From Raillietiella orientalis (Eukaryota), in assembly GCA_036172245.1 (NCBI GenBank), contig JAYWIR010000005.1, forward strand, positions 744,001 to 808,000: a DNA stretch of 64,000 nucleotides. Direction: 5' to 3'. The translations under genes and the position numbers were made by a program. Below, one piece after another: positions 1-12,977 of the stretch. The notes under the pieces were generated by a model. The model did no database searches. It saw only the letters and a list, made by a program, of their open reading frames with translations, and had not been told where the DNA came from. The first letter of the stretch is position 1, and every line of letters starts with the position of its first letter.

Positions 1-899
1 CTCGCTCCGGTTACGCCGGACTGGCTGCTCCTGCACACTCGCGAGGCCCGCGAAAGGAGGTCCGGACGGAGCAGCCTCCGGGAAGGTGCCGACCCGCGTT
101 CTGCGCGGCCCGGCCCGGCCCCAGCAGGCTGAACCCCCGGGCACGCGGAGGGAAACCTTGAGCGATCCGCGTCGGCGGGAGAGAACCGAGGTCCGCTTTC
201 CGAGGCAACCGCCCCTCTCGCTGCTGGCGCGCGTCCCTGCGACCCCTGCGCGCACGCGGTCCCGAGACGGCGGCTTCGGGATCGTGAGCGGGCGCGCCAC
301 CCCTTTCCGTCCCATCCTTCTCTCTCCCTGCACCCTTACTGGACGACCGCCGAAGATTCGAGAACCTGGCGGGGAGACCACCCAGTTTGCCCAATGCGAA
401 AGCGTGTCACTCAGGGATTCGCTCTGTGGCGGACCGTTCATCCCCGCTGCGGAAGATGACGACGATGTCGTCCCCTCCCCCAGCCAGCGGGTGCCTCCGA
501 TATCGGAACTGCGTGGACCATAAATGTGGCGCCCTCTGCAGCATGCTTGGTGACGCGAACTTCGGGAGGCGGCAAGGAGGAAATAGACGGGAAGCGGTTT
601 CCTTCCAGCTTCCTCTGCTTCCATTATTTATGTCACGGGACATTATGTATGTAATCTAACCGCATAACCCTTGCATTGTGTGACCGCAGATGTGAGGAGA
701 CCCCCGCCGTTTTTTCGACCTGCCAGTCGCGTTCCGGGTCGTGGCAACCAGAGAGCTCTGCGTGCGTCGGTCATCATCGCGTGTTATTTATTATCTGGCA
801 ATTCATACATGTTGCTGTGAGTCTTCACAAGTAGTCATCGCCCTGCAGTTGTCACCAAAAAAATCGTCACTACATACAAGTAGTCGCTGCAATATGTCG

Positions 900-1245
900 T
901 GGCTGCATGTTATTAGCTATTGCTGCGCATCATAAGTCGTTACTGTAATTAGTGACCACTATATATTATTACTGAGTACTAGTTACATCATCATTAGTTC
1001 TTAGTAGATCTTATGACTACGCGTCATTAGTTACTACTGCATGCTAGTGATTTTGAACTAGTGCGCATTAATAGCTATTACTGTCTTCTGTTAATAGTCA
1101 TTGCCATTTTATTATTAAGCAGCCATTACTACGTATTAGGAGTTGTAATTGCATCTTACGACCATTAGTTGATACTGCATATTATTATAAATAGTGATTA
1201 CCGTACATTATTACTAAATAGTTATCTTACCGCATATTATTATTG
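900..1245. repeat. Degenerate AT-rich minisatellite, unit about 20-27 nt
   Basis: Recurrent units such as tagctattgctgcgcatcat, tagttactactgcat, tagctattactgtc, tagttgatactgcatattattataaa, tagtgattaccgtacattattactaaa, tagttatcttaccgcatattatt. Confidence 0.6.
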
Positions 1246-1299
1246 CCTGCGCGCGCGCGGGAATCAGTCGCGTTTTCGCGGCGCACGGCGGAAGCGCCG

Positions 1300-1822
1300 A
1301 ACTCGCCACACTCACGCGAGAGGGTGCGCGCGTCCGCGCGTCTGCCGTGGCTTGCGCACCCGCGTTCAGCGGCACGTCGGCAGAGGGTGCTGCTGCGCCC
1401 CAGCTCGATCGCCGGGACGAGGCGGGACGGTCCCCCCCTCAACTCTCCAGTGACCGTCGGCAACTGGTGTGGTGGTGACCTCTGACCTCCGAGGATATTC
1501 CATTGAAACTCTCCCCGCCGAGACCCTTGGCGCCCTCTCTCAAACCCTTATCGCTGCTCTCTGTCCTCCAGCCCCCATTCCCTTCTGCTGCTCCGAGTTT
1601 TCTTCGAGGGCTGTTCTGCACCCTTACGGCATCCCTGCATCCAACTGGAGGTCAAGAATCACACGGGGCGGTTTGTTCTGTCGTCTCCTCCACCAGCCCA
1701 GGGCATTTTGGCGGAGCACGGGCCGACAACGGAGGAGGGAAACCAATAATGCATCAGGAAACCGATAATGTCAACTCGCCGCTCTCACGCGAGAGGGTAC
1801 GTGCGCGTCCGTGCACCTGCCG
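1300..1822 (+). repeat. Imperfect ~48-bp direct repeat (1300-1347, 1773-1822)
   Basis: aactcgccacactcacgcgagagggtgcgcgcgtccgcgcgtctgccg vs aactcgccgctctcacgcgagagggtacgtgcgcgtccgtgcacctgccg. Confidence 0.8.
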
Positions 1823-3379
1823 AACTCAGGACCAGCCGTCGCGATCGGCCCCTCCGGGCACGCACGATAAAAGCGTGCGCCGCCCTTGGAGGAGCTGACT
1901 AGCGAGGTCGTTTCCTGCCCATGGGGTGACACTAGAACAGGCATGCGTGCGAGGGACCTCCAGTCGCAGCCCAGGCCGGCGTTCGCGGGGGCGGCGGCTC
2001 TGACCCACAAGCGCCTCCTGCTGGACGCGCCCGTCCTGCTTGCCACACCTCCCTTCTTGTGCCGTAGGTCAGGGCAGCGTTCCTGTCGACGTTCGCCAGT
2101 GCAACATGAACTTCCGGGCAGCGGGCGACTTCTGCGGGTCGGCAGTTGCCGCCCTGGGCGCGGCATCACCACCGCCACACGCGCTTCTCCAGACGCCCGA
2201 ATAAACGCCACGACGAGAGGGAGCCCCGCCCGGAGGGTTCGGCCTGTTCGACTGTGGGGACGCAGTGGGCGCTCCCACGAGAAAGATGGGAGGGGGGGGA
2301 GTGCTCTGCGGCTCGTGCCTGAGTGACATCACGAGCGGACGGCGGCGGCAACAAACTCGCTGCCTTACGTCAGAGGGGCCAAGAGGAAAGTCAGCGGGGC
2401 CGGGTCACTTCGTGGAAAAAAAAAAATCGCCAGCGAGCGGTCGCAGCGTGCTCCGGACAGCTGCCCTTTGGCAGCGGGGTCCGAATCTGCCCCCTACGCA
2501 AGGAGAAGGTCGTGCAGACACTTCGACCTGCGGGCGTCTTGACGGCAGAGGCGGGCGCGCACGCGTGGGACGTTCAGGGCGAGACCGCGACCCGGCGGCA
2601 GCAAAGGAAGAAGAGGGCGAGCGGGGGAGGAGGGGGAAAGGGGAGGGAATTGCGTACGAATGGATGAAGAAGGAAAAGACGATCCTGGGTGTCCCAGGTC
2701 CTCAGCGTCCTTTCCGGGATGCCGGCGAGTTTCTCCTCCTCGCGCTGTCGGAGGTGCGGCCATGGCAACCGGTACCGCGTGATCGGCTGTTTGGCTGCGG
2801 CTTCCTCTTGCAGCCGCGGAAGCAGTAGCAGGCCTTTCGCCCGGTTGCGCCGCGGGGCGTCTCTTTTCACACCCAAAGGAAAAACAAGCGAGGGGAGTCC
2901 GACCACTGGGGAAGGGGGGGGGACGAGATCCTCAACATCGCGGAGGGGATGAGGGGATGAGAAAAAGTCCGCTGAAGTTAAGGGATGGGGATGAGGAGGG
3001 AAAGAATCGCATCCCTCGATGTGGGGTCCTCTGCGTCCTTTGCAGGATGCTCCTCTTCAGTATCCCCTGGCAGGCGGTTACACCCCGCCGCGATCCGGAA
3101 GAACCGAACGGGGTGGTGGTGGTGGCACCCCTGTCCTCTCTCTCTCGGAGTCGTTCCTGGAAGGAATCCCGCGCCCACAGCACGGTGCCGCGGCGGCAGC
3201 GCCAGCGGTAGCTGGCGACTAGGCACCCCAAGCAAAGAGGTTTCCTAGCACAGTCCCCAGGGTTGTCCACTGGGGAGGGGAGGGACACGGGAGCGAAACG
3301 TTCCCGCAGTACCCTGTGTTGCCCCGAGAGCAGCGTGAACGGTTGGTTCGGTGTCGCGACGTGTGACTGTGAGTCCCGT

Positions 3380-4700
3380 GACATCCCGTTCGTCACCCAA
3401 TGAGTGCTTCTGGCAAGTTGGCCTTTTCGACATTCCCACGTGGTGCTATCTCGCGGTGATCCTCGGAAAGAGTTTCACTCCCAGAGGATGCCGCCTCCGT
3501 CGCGTCGGCCTCTTGTGGCGTTCCATGCCGCCAGCATCCCGCCGCGCAGGCAGCAGATGGCTGCTAAGCGCAGGAGAGGGGAGGGGGAAGGTCTCTCCCT
3601 CTCCTGGAGCAGTTGGCACGGACGCATTGCCTCGTCCAGTGGTGGCTGCGCGCGCGTCGCATGGGAGCGCCCTACGCAGAGTCGCCGCCACCTGCGGGGA
3701 GAGGAACAAATTCTTCGCGATCGTCGGGGGCGCCTACAGCAGCTCTCCCGGTGGGACGCCGAAGTGTTTGCATCAGCGTGCAAGTTCTGGGGGACGAGGG
3801 GTCGAGGTTGTCTGCGAGCTGGCCACCTGGAGACTACTTACATCGCCAGCAGGCGGGTGCCGTGAGTCTCGGAAGCGAAAGGGACGGATAGGTGGACGGG
3901 CCGGCTCTCTGCCCGCCGCCTCCGCGGTTCTTCCGGGTCTTCCAAGATCCGCCGTCGCGGTCCCACGTTCGAACCGCCTCCTACCGCCAGGTATGGGTGC
4001 CTGCGAGGCAGCAGGAGATCCACGGTGCGCTCTTCTTGCAACGGAAGCTACTGGGCCAGGCGGGCAACCCTGCTTCTGACGGTTGCACCAAAAGCAGGGT
4101 TGCCGGTCCTTCGCAGCAGGCCGCTCCTCGGGCGGACAGATGTGCAGACGACCCATTGCCCGTAGTCGGGCGCACCGAAGGAGAGACGCGCCAGTGCCTG
4201 GCCACCAAGCCCAGTCTCCTGAAACGGAGTCAAAGCTCCACTTGCTTCAGCATCAGGGGTGCCAATTCCTCCATCCCAACGCGGAGCGCATGCGTCTTTC
4301 AGTCGGACTCGCGCGACCTCGGTGACCGTCGCAGGCGACGCTGCTCCATACGGAAAGAGGCGTTCGAGAGCTTCCTTGACCTCGTCCCTGGGGAGCTGGA
4401 GGACCGTTGCAAGACGTGCTCCGCACTTCCCATGGGAAGCCTTCCCGCGCTCGTACACCGGGAGCGGGGAGACTTCCCGCTTTGCTCACCTGGCACGGTT
4501 TGGAACCGCCCTTCCCGTAGTCCGGTGGTGGTCGCCGCCACCTCGGGGGCGGGAGGGAGCCGGTTGAAAGCGCCGCGGAGATCTTCAGGGAATCCGTCCG
4601 ACGATGTCCTATCGGGTGGGTAGCTGACGCACCGTCTAGCATCCCAGGAGTTTTTCTTTCCTCCTCTTCCCGAGATTCCTCAGAACCGACCTGCCGGGTC
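3380..4700 (-). mobile_element. Decayed L1/Tx1-like non-LTR retrotransposon, family A, 3' half of ORF2
   Basis: Frameshifted remnants ARVRLKDACAPRWDGGIG (post-RT P..GGLG motif, ~4255-4320) and AICCLRGGMLAAWN (~3515-3570), homologous to TQCCLRGIVAAWSN of the 34 kb copy. Boundaries approximate. Confidence 0.6.
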
Positions 4701-5496
4701 TAAGAGGCCGGGACAGACCGCTGCTGTCCTCTCCCTGCCGTGGAAGCGGCAGCGAATAGTCCCCCGTGTTCACGAGATCTTCCTGGGGCACCTCCTGCAA
4801 CGGATGCCGAGCCTACTGGGAAATGCCCAGGGCCGTCTTTCGTCCTCGCCCATGTGCGAACCACTCCGTGCCTTCCGAGGCAGGTCAGGTCGTGGCGAGC
4901 GTGAGACTCTGGCATGGCCCTGTGCCAAGGCGATCCGTCCGCCAAAGAAGCACCGGAGCGGCGACTCTCAACGTGGTTCTGCCGCGTCCCATTTGACCGC
5001 GGACCCGTCGGGTCGCTGGTGCGCCGACCGTCGAGGGTCACCTCGGCTGCGTGGGGAAGTGGAAGTGGAAACGAAAGGGAAAATGGATGTGAACGCTTTG
5101 GGAGACCGCTGGAGGGCGCCCTCCGCATCACACCCTCCTCAGTGCCGGCTTGGTTCGTCCGTCCGCCTAGTGTCCCGGGGGGAAGGACATCTGGCTGCGA
5201 CCCGCAGAAAGCGAATGGCGGGCTGGACGGCGTTCCTACCGACTTCGCTCCAGGCCGACACCCCAATCCCTCGTACGTAGCAGCAAGGGACTGCCGGGAC
5301 TGCTCCTGCGCGAAGAGGAGTTCAGGGACGCCCATGAGGGATGCCCGCCAGCACGCGCAGGGTCGTGCCGGAGCGTTTCCACAGGAGCCGTAGGGCGACA
5401 CGAGGAAAGCGGATTTCCGTTCCCCGCACTTGCGGCGGTCCGGACTCGCCCCAACCTACCCCGTGTCTAACGGCGTCGGCGTATGGGTCGCAGGGT

Positions 5497-6090
5497 TTTT
5501 CATCCGGTTTTGCCGGGGCGTTTATTCATAGATGATATAAAGATATCTATGGATGGACCGGTGGTCCAACCACGTCCTTTCTTTAGATACCCTGCCGTGT
5601 CACCGGTTCACAGACCGGTGAGGACCACCACGGCAGCAGAGGGAAGGAGCGAAACAAGAAGAAAAATAAAATAAAATAAAACAGTTTTGGGGGGTTACGG
5701 TAAGGGTTCACAGCCTGCTGGAGGTGGTCCTCTGCATCCTTTGGAGGATGCCGGCAAGGTCTTGCTTCATGCTATTGTCCAGTTGGGTCCATCTGGCCGC
5801 CATTCGTAAAAGCAGAGAGCGAATTGGATGGAGTCCTGTCGTTGGCTCCTCCGTTGAAGGCGCTCCACGCCGCCACAATCCCGCGTAGGCAGCAAAGTGC
5901 TGCGGGAGAAGCGGCTGGCCGCAGGGCGTCTCTCACAAAGAGGAGCCGCTGACGTTGAGGCTGGGGGTTCCAAGAACTGCGGCATCAGCACACCAGTCGC
6001 CAGAGGGGCCGGAGGGCAAAACAGTCCACTCAGAATTGCGAGAGAGATTCCCGCTCCCCGCGCCTTGCACAGCTTGGGTACACACACCTT
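5497..6090 (-). mobile_element. Family A non-LTR retrotransposon 3' end (ORF2 tail plus structured 3' UTR)
   Basis: Colinear nucleotide similarity with 33608-34200 (tttggaggatgccggcaag, atcccgcgtaggcagca, ggagggcaa), the same hairpins, and AATAAACGCCCCGGC on the minus strand. Confidence 0.8.
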
Positions 6091-6229
6091 TTAATTATGC
6101 CTGCGGGCGCTGCAAGGAGGACCCCAGTGCAAAGGCACGAATTCTGACCACTTTAGGGAGAGGGGGCGCTGCCCCCGCAACTGCCGAATGCCACTCCAGG
6201 TCTTCCCGAAGAATTCCCAGCAGATCACC

Positions 6230-7790
6230 CTAGCGTTGGAGTCTCCCGCGGAAGGGCGTCGCGGCGTCCGCCAGCTGCCCCATCCGCTTCTACCTGCGTG
6301 CGGTCTCGCAGGGGCATCTCACTTCGTCGGTCGGCTGCTGCTGCCATTCTCCTCCCTCATGGGAAGACATCACTGCAGCAAGGGGTGGGGGATCGTCTTC
6401 TCCCACGTGCTCCTACCGGGACACTCCAGAGTCCTCCGGAGCGATCGGAGGACGTGGTTGCCGACCCACAGGCAGTTCAATGTCTCGGATGTCGGCTCGG
6501 TCCTCTTCGCCCAAGTGGCAACCGTATCTTCCATCCAGGCGCTGGAGTTGGCGGGGCAGCAGGCGATTCAGCAGCTCAGACTTGGCCCCGGTGTCCATCC
6601 TCCCGGTCGGGAGTCCGCACTTCCCCACCTTTCGGCGGAGGCACAAAGGTGACGCAGTTCCTTCGCTTCCGACGAGGAGGCGCGCGGGAGCTCACCAGGG
6701 GTCGCTCCGGTACCTCGCTGCGACGGCTGACTACCTCCATAGCAGCCGGATATCTCCTCTCCACTCACTCCAGCGCCAGGAGAGGAAGAGGCTGCCGTTT
6801 CGGCGCGAAGCGCGCAACTTGCCCTGCGGGAACGGGTCGAGCTCCATCTTCACTTTCCGGAGGCGGTCGAAACCACGCGCTTCCCGGCAGGTGGAAGTCC
6901 CCCGACAGAACGCCTAGGTATTTCAAGTACCTGCCACGGAGACGGAGGGTGTGTTCTTGCGACGCGGGGGACACATGTCCGGGATCTTCGAGGCATCTTC
7001 GCCCAGCAGCTCACCTGAGCGGAGAAGTCCTTTGTACGGGACGCTCGCGGTCGCAGCCCGCGGAGCTCCAAAGGTGAGACGAAAGTATTCCAGAGGAAGA
7101 CCCGCAGTAGCCCCCGGTGCTCATGAACATCCGCGCCCTCCCTTTAAAGTGGTAGGAGTCGGCGTTGACGCTGCGGCTGCACTGGGGCCTCGCAAGCAAC
7201 TCCGCCAGCATCATTGGACACGGGTGTGTGTGGACCCAAACTGTGCAAGGCCAAACTGTTTTGCCCTCCAGCCCCTCTGGGAACGCTTTGTCACGACCCT
7301 CGGAACCTCCGGCGGCAGCGCCAGGCATAAAGCGCCTCTTCTTGCGTGACACCCTCACGCCGGCAGGCCGCAACCCTAGGAGCACTTTTCTGCCCACGCG
7401 GCGGGGCCGTGGCTGCATGCAGCAGCGCCAGAGGAGGCCAGGACGACAGAGACGCCATCTTTTTGGCTGTCCTCTTCATGAGGAGAGCGTCAAGATGGCC
7501 CATCTGGGAGTCTTGAAACAGGAACTTGCCGGCATCCTTACGAGGATGCAGAGGACGAGCTCCAGCACACTCTGATCCCTTCCTGAAGCCCCCTCAATTT
7601 TTTGTATCTTTGTTTTATTTTTATTTTTGTTTGTCTCCTCTTCCTCTGTACTGCCGTGACGAACCCCGCTGGCCTGCGTGCCTGTTCCCGGAAGGTTTCT
7701 TCTCGTAGTTATAGGTAACTTGGGTCAGGACCCAACGTCCTGCCACAGACGTGCCTGTTTATTTTTTATAGATAAACTCTCCGGCGTGAT
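6230..7790 (+). mobile_element. Family A non-LTR retrotransposon, 3' part, plus strand
   Basis: LHWGL..LRQHHWTRVCVDPNCARPNCFALQPLWERF matches LHWGVPCNVRRHHWTRGSVDLNC..ALQPLWERF of the 34 kb copy. The 3' UTR (cttgccggcatcct, T-rich tract, ctgccg, terminal hairpin, ATAAACTCTCCGGC) matches the reverse complement of the 5.5 kb copy. The 5' boundary is uncertain. Confidence 0.75.
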
Positions 7791-7949
7791 TGAGTGTCAA
7801 CCAAAGGTAAGATGTAGGTCCTTCGCTTCCGGCCACGCGGCCGGCAGGGAGGCGCGCGGAAACGCACCAGCGGGACGGTCTTGGCGCCGGCGCCATTCTA
7901 TCGGGAATCACGGAGCCACCACCGCAGCCTCGGCGGGCCGAGTCCACAG

Positions 7950-8700
7950 CCGTACCGACGCGGAGCGCATGAGTCCTTGCAGCCGATCCCGGGACGTTCG
8001 CGTGCCCTTCGACAGGCAGGAGTAAGCTCGGCCCTTACACACGTCACCTTACGGGAAGTCGCCTCTGCACACCACCGTTGTTGGCACGCCCACACGGGGA
8101 AAGGTGAGGGGGATCAGCAGGGATCCAGAGGGGGCATCACGCAGGAAGGTATAGAGGGGAGTGAGAAAAAGGAAGGTCCCGTGCGTATGCCGCCGGCGCT
8201 GAGTCGGCGAACACGAGGGGAGAAGGATGGAGTGCTCCCGGACAAGGCAAGAGAGACCGACGCAACGATGTTCACGCCATCTAAGGCTCAAGAACGGGTC
8301 TCTCCCTGCCCAGATGTCGGGAGATCCGGAAGGAGAAGAGCTGGCAGCTTTGTGAACCGTCTTCAGGCAACGGATTCACGGAGCTCCTCCTCCTTGCCCG
8401 TGTGTTGCCGTCTTCCCGCTGAAGACGGAAGGCTTCCGAGGATCTTCCGCATGAGAGGCATCCGTGTGGGAGGATGGCGAGAACTGCAGGCAGTCGAGGG
8501 AACGAGGTCGGGCTGGCCCCGTGCTCGGGACGGAAGGCGATGTGCTTCCTGCATCCCTTCTGATGTCCCGATCGAAACGCAGGTCCGAAAAGCGAGGAGG
8601 AGGTCACAGGTCGCGCGAACGCACGCGCGGAAGCGCCGCGTCAAAGTCTGTCGGCGACGCGCTCATGCCGTCTCGCGCGAGCGCTGGAATGTCGGTCCGC
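7950..8700 (-). mobile_element. Possible AP-endonuclease relic of a non-LTR retrotransposon
   Basis: GMQEAH (cf. LQETH) followed by CSPTQRRR..LYTFLRD..SLLI (cf. YAP..R..F..L..LII.GDFN). Heavily degraded. Confidence 0.3.
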
Positions 8701-8884
8701 AGACGCGAAGGCGTCGCGCCACCAGGTGGTGACCCATCCCGATGCTTCGGAACAGGCGCTCCTCCCTGCAGGGGAACCATCGTGCCCCGAGCGCAGCAGG
8801 CGAGGGGGGGTAGCAACGAAAGGTGCCCACTGGGGGGTAGCGTCTTTAGCTGAGGACCGAAATGCGGACGGTTGGGAAGGAGAG

Positions 8885-9005
8885 TTTCGGTTTATTCGGT
8901 ATAAAAATAAACAGTCGCAGTCTCTGTGGCTGGACCGGTGGTCCGACCACGTCGATTTTAAAGGGAGCCTTCCAGGTGGCCGGTACGCTGACTCGACGGC
9001 CGTGC
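8885..9005 (-). mobile_element. Family A-related 3' terminus
   Basis: TTTATT at 8891-8896 followed by GTGGCTGGACC-GGT-GGTCCGACCAC (8926-8950), the same hairpin at similar spacing as in the 5.5 and 33.7 kb copies. Confidence 0.6.
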
Positions 9006-10550
9006 CTCAGGGCGCCGGAATCTCCGCACGCTCTTTCCAGCCCTTGGACAGCCCTTTCCAGCCCACCCTCCCAGAAAAATGCCCCCACAAACAACGGGAT
9101 GGGGAGTAGCCCCGTGCCACCGATCGGCGGCGCTCCACCCGGTGGCCGACGGAGGTCCGTCCGAGACGCGAGGCCCCCGGAAAAAAATCTCCTGTCTCCT
9201 TCCCCAAGAAGGGTCCAAGAGGATCGTGTAAGATGCGGCCCGTGGGCGGGCGGCGGCAGTGGCCACTTGCGCGAGACCCGTGGAAGGCGTGGAGGCGTCC
9301 GGCTGTTCCCCCGACCGGAGGGCGGGAGGCTCATCGCCAGCAGAGCACGGGGAAGGAGGATCCGAGGAGGACCACTCTGCGCCTGCTGCCCGTCCGCGGC
9401 GGTCGTCCCCTCCCCAGTTCAAGGGTCGGGGCGCGGACTCGCGAGTTTCTACTGTCCTCTGCCACTCCGTAGGAGGGGACGCGGGGTCCTACTGCCTGTG
9501 ATCACGGGGCCTCTCTCCAGAAGGTGCTTCCCGCCTCCTGAACTTCAGTGGAGGGAGGGGAGAGGGAAAGTACAAGAGCGAGATGCCTTCACGGGCGGGG
9601 AATGCCAGGAGGCAGGGAAACGCGACCTCCCGAACCCACAGGTGTAAAGAGTGTGCTTTCGGAGCAGGGTCTCCGCTCCCCCGTCCCTCCTTTCCCCTAC
9701 CCTCCTTCGACTGCGTATTTCTGGCTGCCTCGCCCGTTCGTCCTCACTCCGTCCCTGCGGCTCTACGGCAATGGTGAGAAAAGCACACACGTTTTCCACT
9801 CGCTAGGAGGCAGCTTGGGGGCTCCCTCAGGACGAAGGACGCGTCGACGGTGCGCGAAGGCGGTTCCCCCGGAGAATTCGCGCCCGAATAGGGCAGGGTC
9901 ATTCGGAGTCCAGGCGAAACCTAGGCAGCGTCCCGTAGCCAGCCGGAGGAAGGGCTGCGAAGATGATCGGGTGGTGGGAGCAATAAGCGGGAGTGGAGCA
10001 GAGGACTCACTTCCTGGATGCGTTCTCAAGAGAGACCGTGTCCCCATCCCAGCGACGGCGGTTGTTCGTGGGGACGAAACGGAAAAGTCCGACGGTGCTG
10101 AGGTTGCGAATTGCAAGCTCTTCCTTAAGAGAGTTCGGGGCAGGTGAAGTGAAGAGAATCACCCCAAATTTACCTGCGCTGGGAGCCTCGGGGGATGACC
10201 CTTCGAGCAAACCAGCCAGGAAGGTCTAAGACGGACACGTTGGAGGTCTCTTTCAAACGTCTCTGGGCTGCAAGTGGGGTTGCCCCCCGTTTTCTGGGTA
10301 TTCGCAAGCTGCTCCTGTTTTTCCGAAAGAATTTTTTCTTCGGACGTGATGGCGCGTGTGAAGGGACGGATGAGAAAACCAGAATTGTGGGAAGGGAACT
10401 TGATTGGATCTCTCTGCTGCCTCACGGACTGCGCGCGCTCGGCGCAGGAGGCGACTGTTTCACCACTTGGTCGTCTCAGAGGAGTTTTCAGAGAAGCATC
10501 CAGACGATCCTTGTAAGGGGCAGCCGCACGGACTGTCGTGGCAGTTCTCA

Positions 10551-10647
10551 CGCAGCTGGCGGTCGCTGCTTTCCCGTCACAACAATGCAAAGCGCCTAGC
10601 AACTGCCACGCCGCTGGCGATCGCTGCTTTCCTGTCACAACGCTGCG
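10551..10647 (+). repeat. Two-copy imperfect tandem repeat, period ~58 bp
   Basis: cgcagctggcggtcgctgctttcccgtcacaac vs cgccgctggcgatcgctgctttcctgtcacaac. Confidence 0.8.
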
Positions 10648-12171
10648 TAGCGATTGGTGCACCGATGTTCGACACCTACTCTCGTATTCTCTCAGCACGT
10701 CTGGTTTTTTCGTTTCCGGTTGTGTCCGCACGCATCCCGGAGTAGCGTGACATGTAGATGACACTGTACTACGGGAAAACTGCACCTTTTTCTAAGCAGG
10801 CGACTTTCCTCGAGGATGCCCACAGCAACGTTGGCTAAGTAGGCCTTCATTCCTTCCATAAATCGTAATATAGGGGAGGGTTTTAGAAATGTGCTGGCCA
10901 GGAGGGGAGGGGGGAGGCGGTTAATGCCTGGGCGATGTCAAGCTCGAGGCACACGATGGATAGAGGAAGTTCAGAAGTTCAGTTTTCCTTCCCTAAGCGC
11001 AAGTTCCCTTCAACATCTGCAAGCTTAGATCGCGTTGCTACTGACATCAACCAAAGATTCAAAGAAAGAAAGAAAAGGCGATGAAACGAAAAGTTGATGC
11101 GCTTCTGAAAACAGGATGCCATGCTCGCCTCCTAGGAGGAGGCGAGCACGGATCTCCGAAACAGCAGAAGCTGGTGCAAAACGGGATCTCGTCCGATTAC
11201 AGTGCGACCTCCTGGAAATGCGATCACGTGGATACCATTCGCGCCAAACGTCTGATAAACCGTCGTGCCAGGCAAAACCAACAGATAAGGGAGGGGTGGC
11301 GGTAGCAAGATAAGGGAACAGACCTTGCGAAACCCTGGTAGTGCTGAGCGTGACATCATGCAGTGCCAACCAGGTTCGTACTGCGTGATGCGAGCGCGTG
11401 TGTTTGTGCGCGCGTGCGCGCTGCTTTCGAATCCCGGGGGAACGGCACGTCTGCGAGCCGTTTAAGCAACGAAATCTGTCTGAAGTTCCCGCCGTGTTTG
11501 CTCTGCAGCAGCCGCTCTCCCGCACTCCTCAGAGAAGACAGCGTTCGCGATCGTCTCAGTGGCTTCCGTGCGCAACGCTCCGCTGTGTTTTTGATTTCTT
11601 CCCCGCCCTTCCTGACGAGGCACGGAGGCCCCATGCTTGGAGTTCCCAGAGACGCACAGGCCGTTGAGTCCTTTTCGAATCGATGCGGGACCGACATCCC
11701 TTCCCGGATGCTGGCGAGAGCATTCTGGAGAGGAAGGGAAGAGGACGTACCTGCACTTGCGTGTAACGTACGCGCGTGCGTATCTGCGAGCGGGCGCGTG
11801 CGAGTCCTACCTCTCTTCCTGGGTCTCAAGGACTTCCAGCCTCCGAAACTGGAGGGTCTCCCTCTCCCAATCCTGACGTCGCCGCCGCGCGCGCGGCGGC
11901 GTCACGCCTTTCCTCGTCACGTGACATCCGCCCACCTGCCGTCACCGCCGCGTTTCCGCTCCCGTGCCGACAGGCCCTCTGCGCCACCTCGTCAATGGGG
12001 CATCCGATCCGGCTGCCGCTGAACGAGCTGACGCTTGCGCCAGACTTCTTCCGGGAGGTGCCGGAAGAAGTTTCGCGCCGGTGTCGATCCCGGGAGGGGA
12101 GGGGGAAAGAGCGGGAATCGCCAGCTTCCACCTGGCGGCGACCCCTCCTTCAACCCTGATTCCACCTTCAG

Positions 12172-12977
12172 GATTCCAGCCCTTCGTGCGGCCCCTCGAT
12201 GCGAGCGGTGTCCCTGGCGCCAGTCCGACCTATGCCTACAACCCCTACTTCATCCCCACCAGCCCCATGCCAACTTACGTGCCCACGATCACGGTCCTCC
12301 AAACAGGAAACTGCCCGAGGTGCAAGGTAAAAAGGGAACAGAGTGGTGGTGCCCGGGCGGGGCAGCGGAGCGCTTTCCCGGGGCAAACCGCCTGGGGCGA
12401 GCCACGCGAAGGCGACCCTTCCAACTGCTGGAGGGACGTCCTCCGGATGCCCTCGGGGGACAACTCGCGGCTTCCCGGGCGCGGAGGACGTTCGACTGTC
12501 GGGGGTGGGAGAGGGAGAGGTGCCTCTGCAAGCAGCTGCCCCTGGGGCCACGTTCCACGAATACGGTCTTGCGAATTCCTCTTCCTCCCTTCCTCTTCCT
12601 CCTCTTCCCTTCTTCCTCCTCTTTTGCCCCCTGCTTGCGGCCTCGCTTGTTGCTTTCCGCCCGTTCGCTGCGCTCCTCCTGCGCCGTTGCCCCCCCCCCC
12701 CTCCCGCTACTGTTTCTCCTCCGTTTGCTTCCCAAGACCAAGAACGTGAGGCTGCTGGTTCCGCTTCCCAGGCGGGGACGCTGTCCGACCGCGCCTCGAA
12801 GGTCCCCCCGAAACGCAAAGGTCCCACCCTCCCTGTCTTCCTGAATAGGTGGGGTACCTGGAGACGGACTACACCATCTGCGGCATCCTCCTCGCCGTCG
12901 TGTTCTTCCCTCTGGGCATCCTCTGCTGCTGGCTCATGAGAATGCAGAGGTGCGTCAGCTGTGGGTTTACGCCGTGA
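12172..12977 (+). CDS. BRI3: BRI3 (brain protein I3)-family small membrane protein, last two coding exons (12172-12326, 12849-12977); first exon not located
   Basis: Spliced translation ..GFQPFVRPLDASGVPGASPTYAYNPYFIPTSPMPTYVPTITVLQTGNCPRCK|VGYLETDYTICGILLAVVFFPLGILCCWLMRMQRCVSCGFTP* matches the BRI3 pattern: Pro/Tyr-rich region, CPxC, hydrophobic GIxLAxxFFPLGxLCC, terminal RCxxCG. GT donor at 12327, AG acceptors ending 12171 and 12848, AATAAA near 13093. Confidence 0.85.

Noticed and set aside
2725..2810. TCCTCGC motif resembling an HDV L3 loop
   Set aside because: No compatible P3, P2 or J4/2 could be built around it.
10930..12100. Candidate first exons for BRI3 (ATGs near 10957, 11081, 11995)
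   Set aside because: None gave a convincing phase-1 GT donor matching the 12172 acceptor; left unassigned.
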